The notes beneath the pieces are model-generated. The model ran no database searches. It was not told the origin of the DNA and worked only from the letters and a program-made list of their open reading frames with translations. The position numbers and the translations under genes were made by a program. Below are positions 62,250 to 64,000 of a stretch of 64,000 nt of DNA, in pieces. The stretch lies in contig OZ024744.1 of NCBI GenBank assembly GCA_964016885.1, positions 76,632,001-76,696,000 of the forward strand, written 5' to 3'. Numbering within the stretch: position 1 is the first letter of the stretch; each line of letters starts with the position of its first letter. This stretch comes from Eledone cirrhosa. Taxonomy: Eukaryota.

Positions 62250-63168
62250 CAGAAAATCTATAGGGGCCTACATCTTACGTGCGATTTTCATGAAACTTTA
62301 CAGGCTCATAGATTAGTCATCGGGGAGTGTTTTCTATATATCAGCGTATCGTTTTTTTTTTATTCTGGGGTTATTTTGCAGATAAAAATCGATAGGGAGC
62401 GGGGAGGTCAGGTTTTTTTAGTTATCGAAAAATAAGATTTTTGGCTCTAGCTCCCTCATTTTGCCACGGATTTCGTTCAAATTTTAAAGCAAAATAGAAT
62501 TTATCATTGCACATCCTGTAATGGCTTTATATTTTGTATTTGTTCTTCAGGGACAGCGTGGCAGCCGCTTAAATATTCAAAAATACCTCTTTTAGACTCA
62601 AATTTCCACCATTTCGGCTCTAGCTCCCACATTAATCAACCTACTTTGTTCAAATTTTACACTACGCTAGATCTGATTTTTTCATGTCTTAAAGTGGCTT
62701 TAAATTTTGGATTTTTTGTTCAGGAACGGCGTGGAAGACGCTTAAATATTCGGAAATACCACCTTTTCGCTCAAATTTCCGCCTCTCCGGCTCTAGCTGC
62801 CACATTTTTCAACCGATTTCGTTCAAATTCGAAACAATTCTATCCAATTATCCAGTTGATGGTCAAAGCAAAACGATGGCCACTGACGTCGTCTGAGCTT
62901 TTAGTTGTGTATTTGAGAATTCATCGGTTTCCAATCAAGTAGCGTGAGGAAATTTGGCTTAGTGTTAGAGGTCATTACCTCCCTCGCCCAGTATGCCCCT
63001 TCGTCAGTCACCCGCGTTTCTCAGTGATAGAGGTCATCACCACCCTCCCCCGCATGGCCTGTGTGTGGCTATAGATGAGTCATCGAGAAGCATTCACTAA
63101 GATCAACACATTTTCATCAGAGCAGATATTATTTTACCTACCCAGGCAACGCTGGGTACTGCTGCTAG
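62250..63168 (+). mobile_element. non-autonomous Helitron (3' end clear, 5' end uncertain)
   Basis: cccaggcaacgctggg hairpin then tactgctg CTAG^T at 63165-63169; internal ggctctagctccc repeats. Confidence 0.72.
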
Positions 63169-63737
63169 TCTTTAATAAAAAGAATAATGCATGTATATAT
63201 GTATGTATGTCGGGTCACTCTTGAGTGTTACTGGTAACATGTAACCTAGTACAAACTGTCGCATGGTCGGGTCGTCGGCGACTAAACCGGCAACCCCACC
63301 AAGTTTACTTGGTGAAGAGGGTGATTTTGGACACCCTGCAGGACAAAAAACAAAACCTGACAATGTATATATATATACATACATACAAAGGGCGGAAGAA
63401 CTCATAAGAGTCAACGGCCATCCAAAAGTGTGTACATATGTATATACACATGTACCGCACGGTTAAACCACTGGGAGTGAAGGACCCCTAACCTTTGTCA
63501 GAGCATTCTTCTAGGAGAAGGCAACTCAGGAAACTTGGATAACTCCGATATAAAACCTGCGGCTCAGTAGTTACCGATGATATTGATCTTTTCTTCTTTT
63601 CGGGTTATAGCTACTGTCGCTCAGAGAGTGGGATTGGCTCAGTGCACAGTCTTACCTCACTTTAAACATATTATTCACGCACAGGCATTGCACGATTGCA
63701 TTAATTAATAATTATTAATAGTGTTATTATTATTAAG

Positions 63738-64000
63738 ACGGACCTGCCCAAGATGCGCACAGAGCGACGAAACCGTTCTTCACGCACTTGTCCAAAGACC
63801 GTGCATTACTGACTTATGGAGTTATGTCGAACAGCTACTGTCGCGTGTAGAACGGATCTGGCTTTAGGCCGAGTCCATAGTGAAGATCGACCCGCCGCTT
63901 TCCTTTGATCAGGAAGAGCGGGCAATTTTCCTCTGTCTGGTGGCCGTTGTAAAAGAGGTTACATGGTGGACCAGATTGAAAGGACTGAAGACAGACACTT
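63738..64000 (+). mobile_element. L1/Tx1-like LINE fragment, runs off the window
   Basis: Reverse-complement match to 33820-34060. Confidence 0.8.

Noticed and set aside
63105-63125. CTGATGA on the minus strand near the Helitron end
   Set aside because: No downstream GAAA or stems.
63200-63720. Possible LINE 5' region
   Set aside because: It looks repeat-like, but no diagnostic motif or second copy is present in the window.

Overview
AT-rich, repeat-saturated eukaryotic (animal) DNA. The SINE families and the density of (TA)n/(CA)n/(TATG)n microsatellites suggest an octopod cephalopod (inference). No intact host gene is visible, and almost every ORF in the supplied track is a translation of satellite or microsatellite sequence. 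The window holds a 41-bp satellite (1-4483), an 11-bp satellite (about 39.7-43.8 kb), about 15 tRNA-derived SINE copies, fragments of L1/Tx1-, RTE- and CRE-like LINEs, Helitron/hAT/mariner/pogo non-autonomous elements, and two decayed Penelope-like elements (PLEs). The main unannotated signal is more than 20 type I hammerhead ribozyme (HHR) motifs from about 10 unrelated sequence families. Most lie in short non-coding cassettes inserted in (TA)n tracts, built as outward-pointing fold-backs or as partial tandem plus inversion. This looks like a community of non-autonomous PLE-dependent, retrozyme-like elements. One PLE fragment has an in-frame TGA at a conserved Cys, as described for selenoprotein-encoding Naiad PLEs. 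All structures were read by eye; none was computed or searched.
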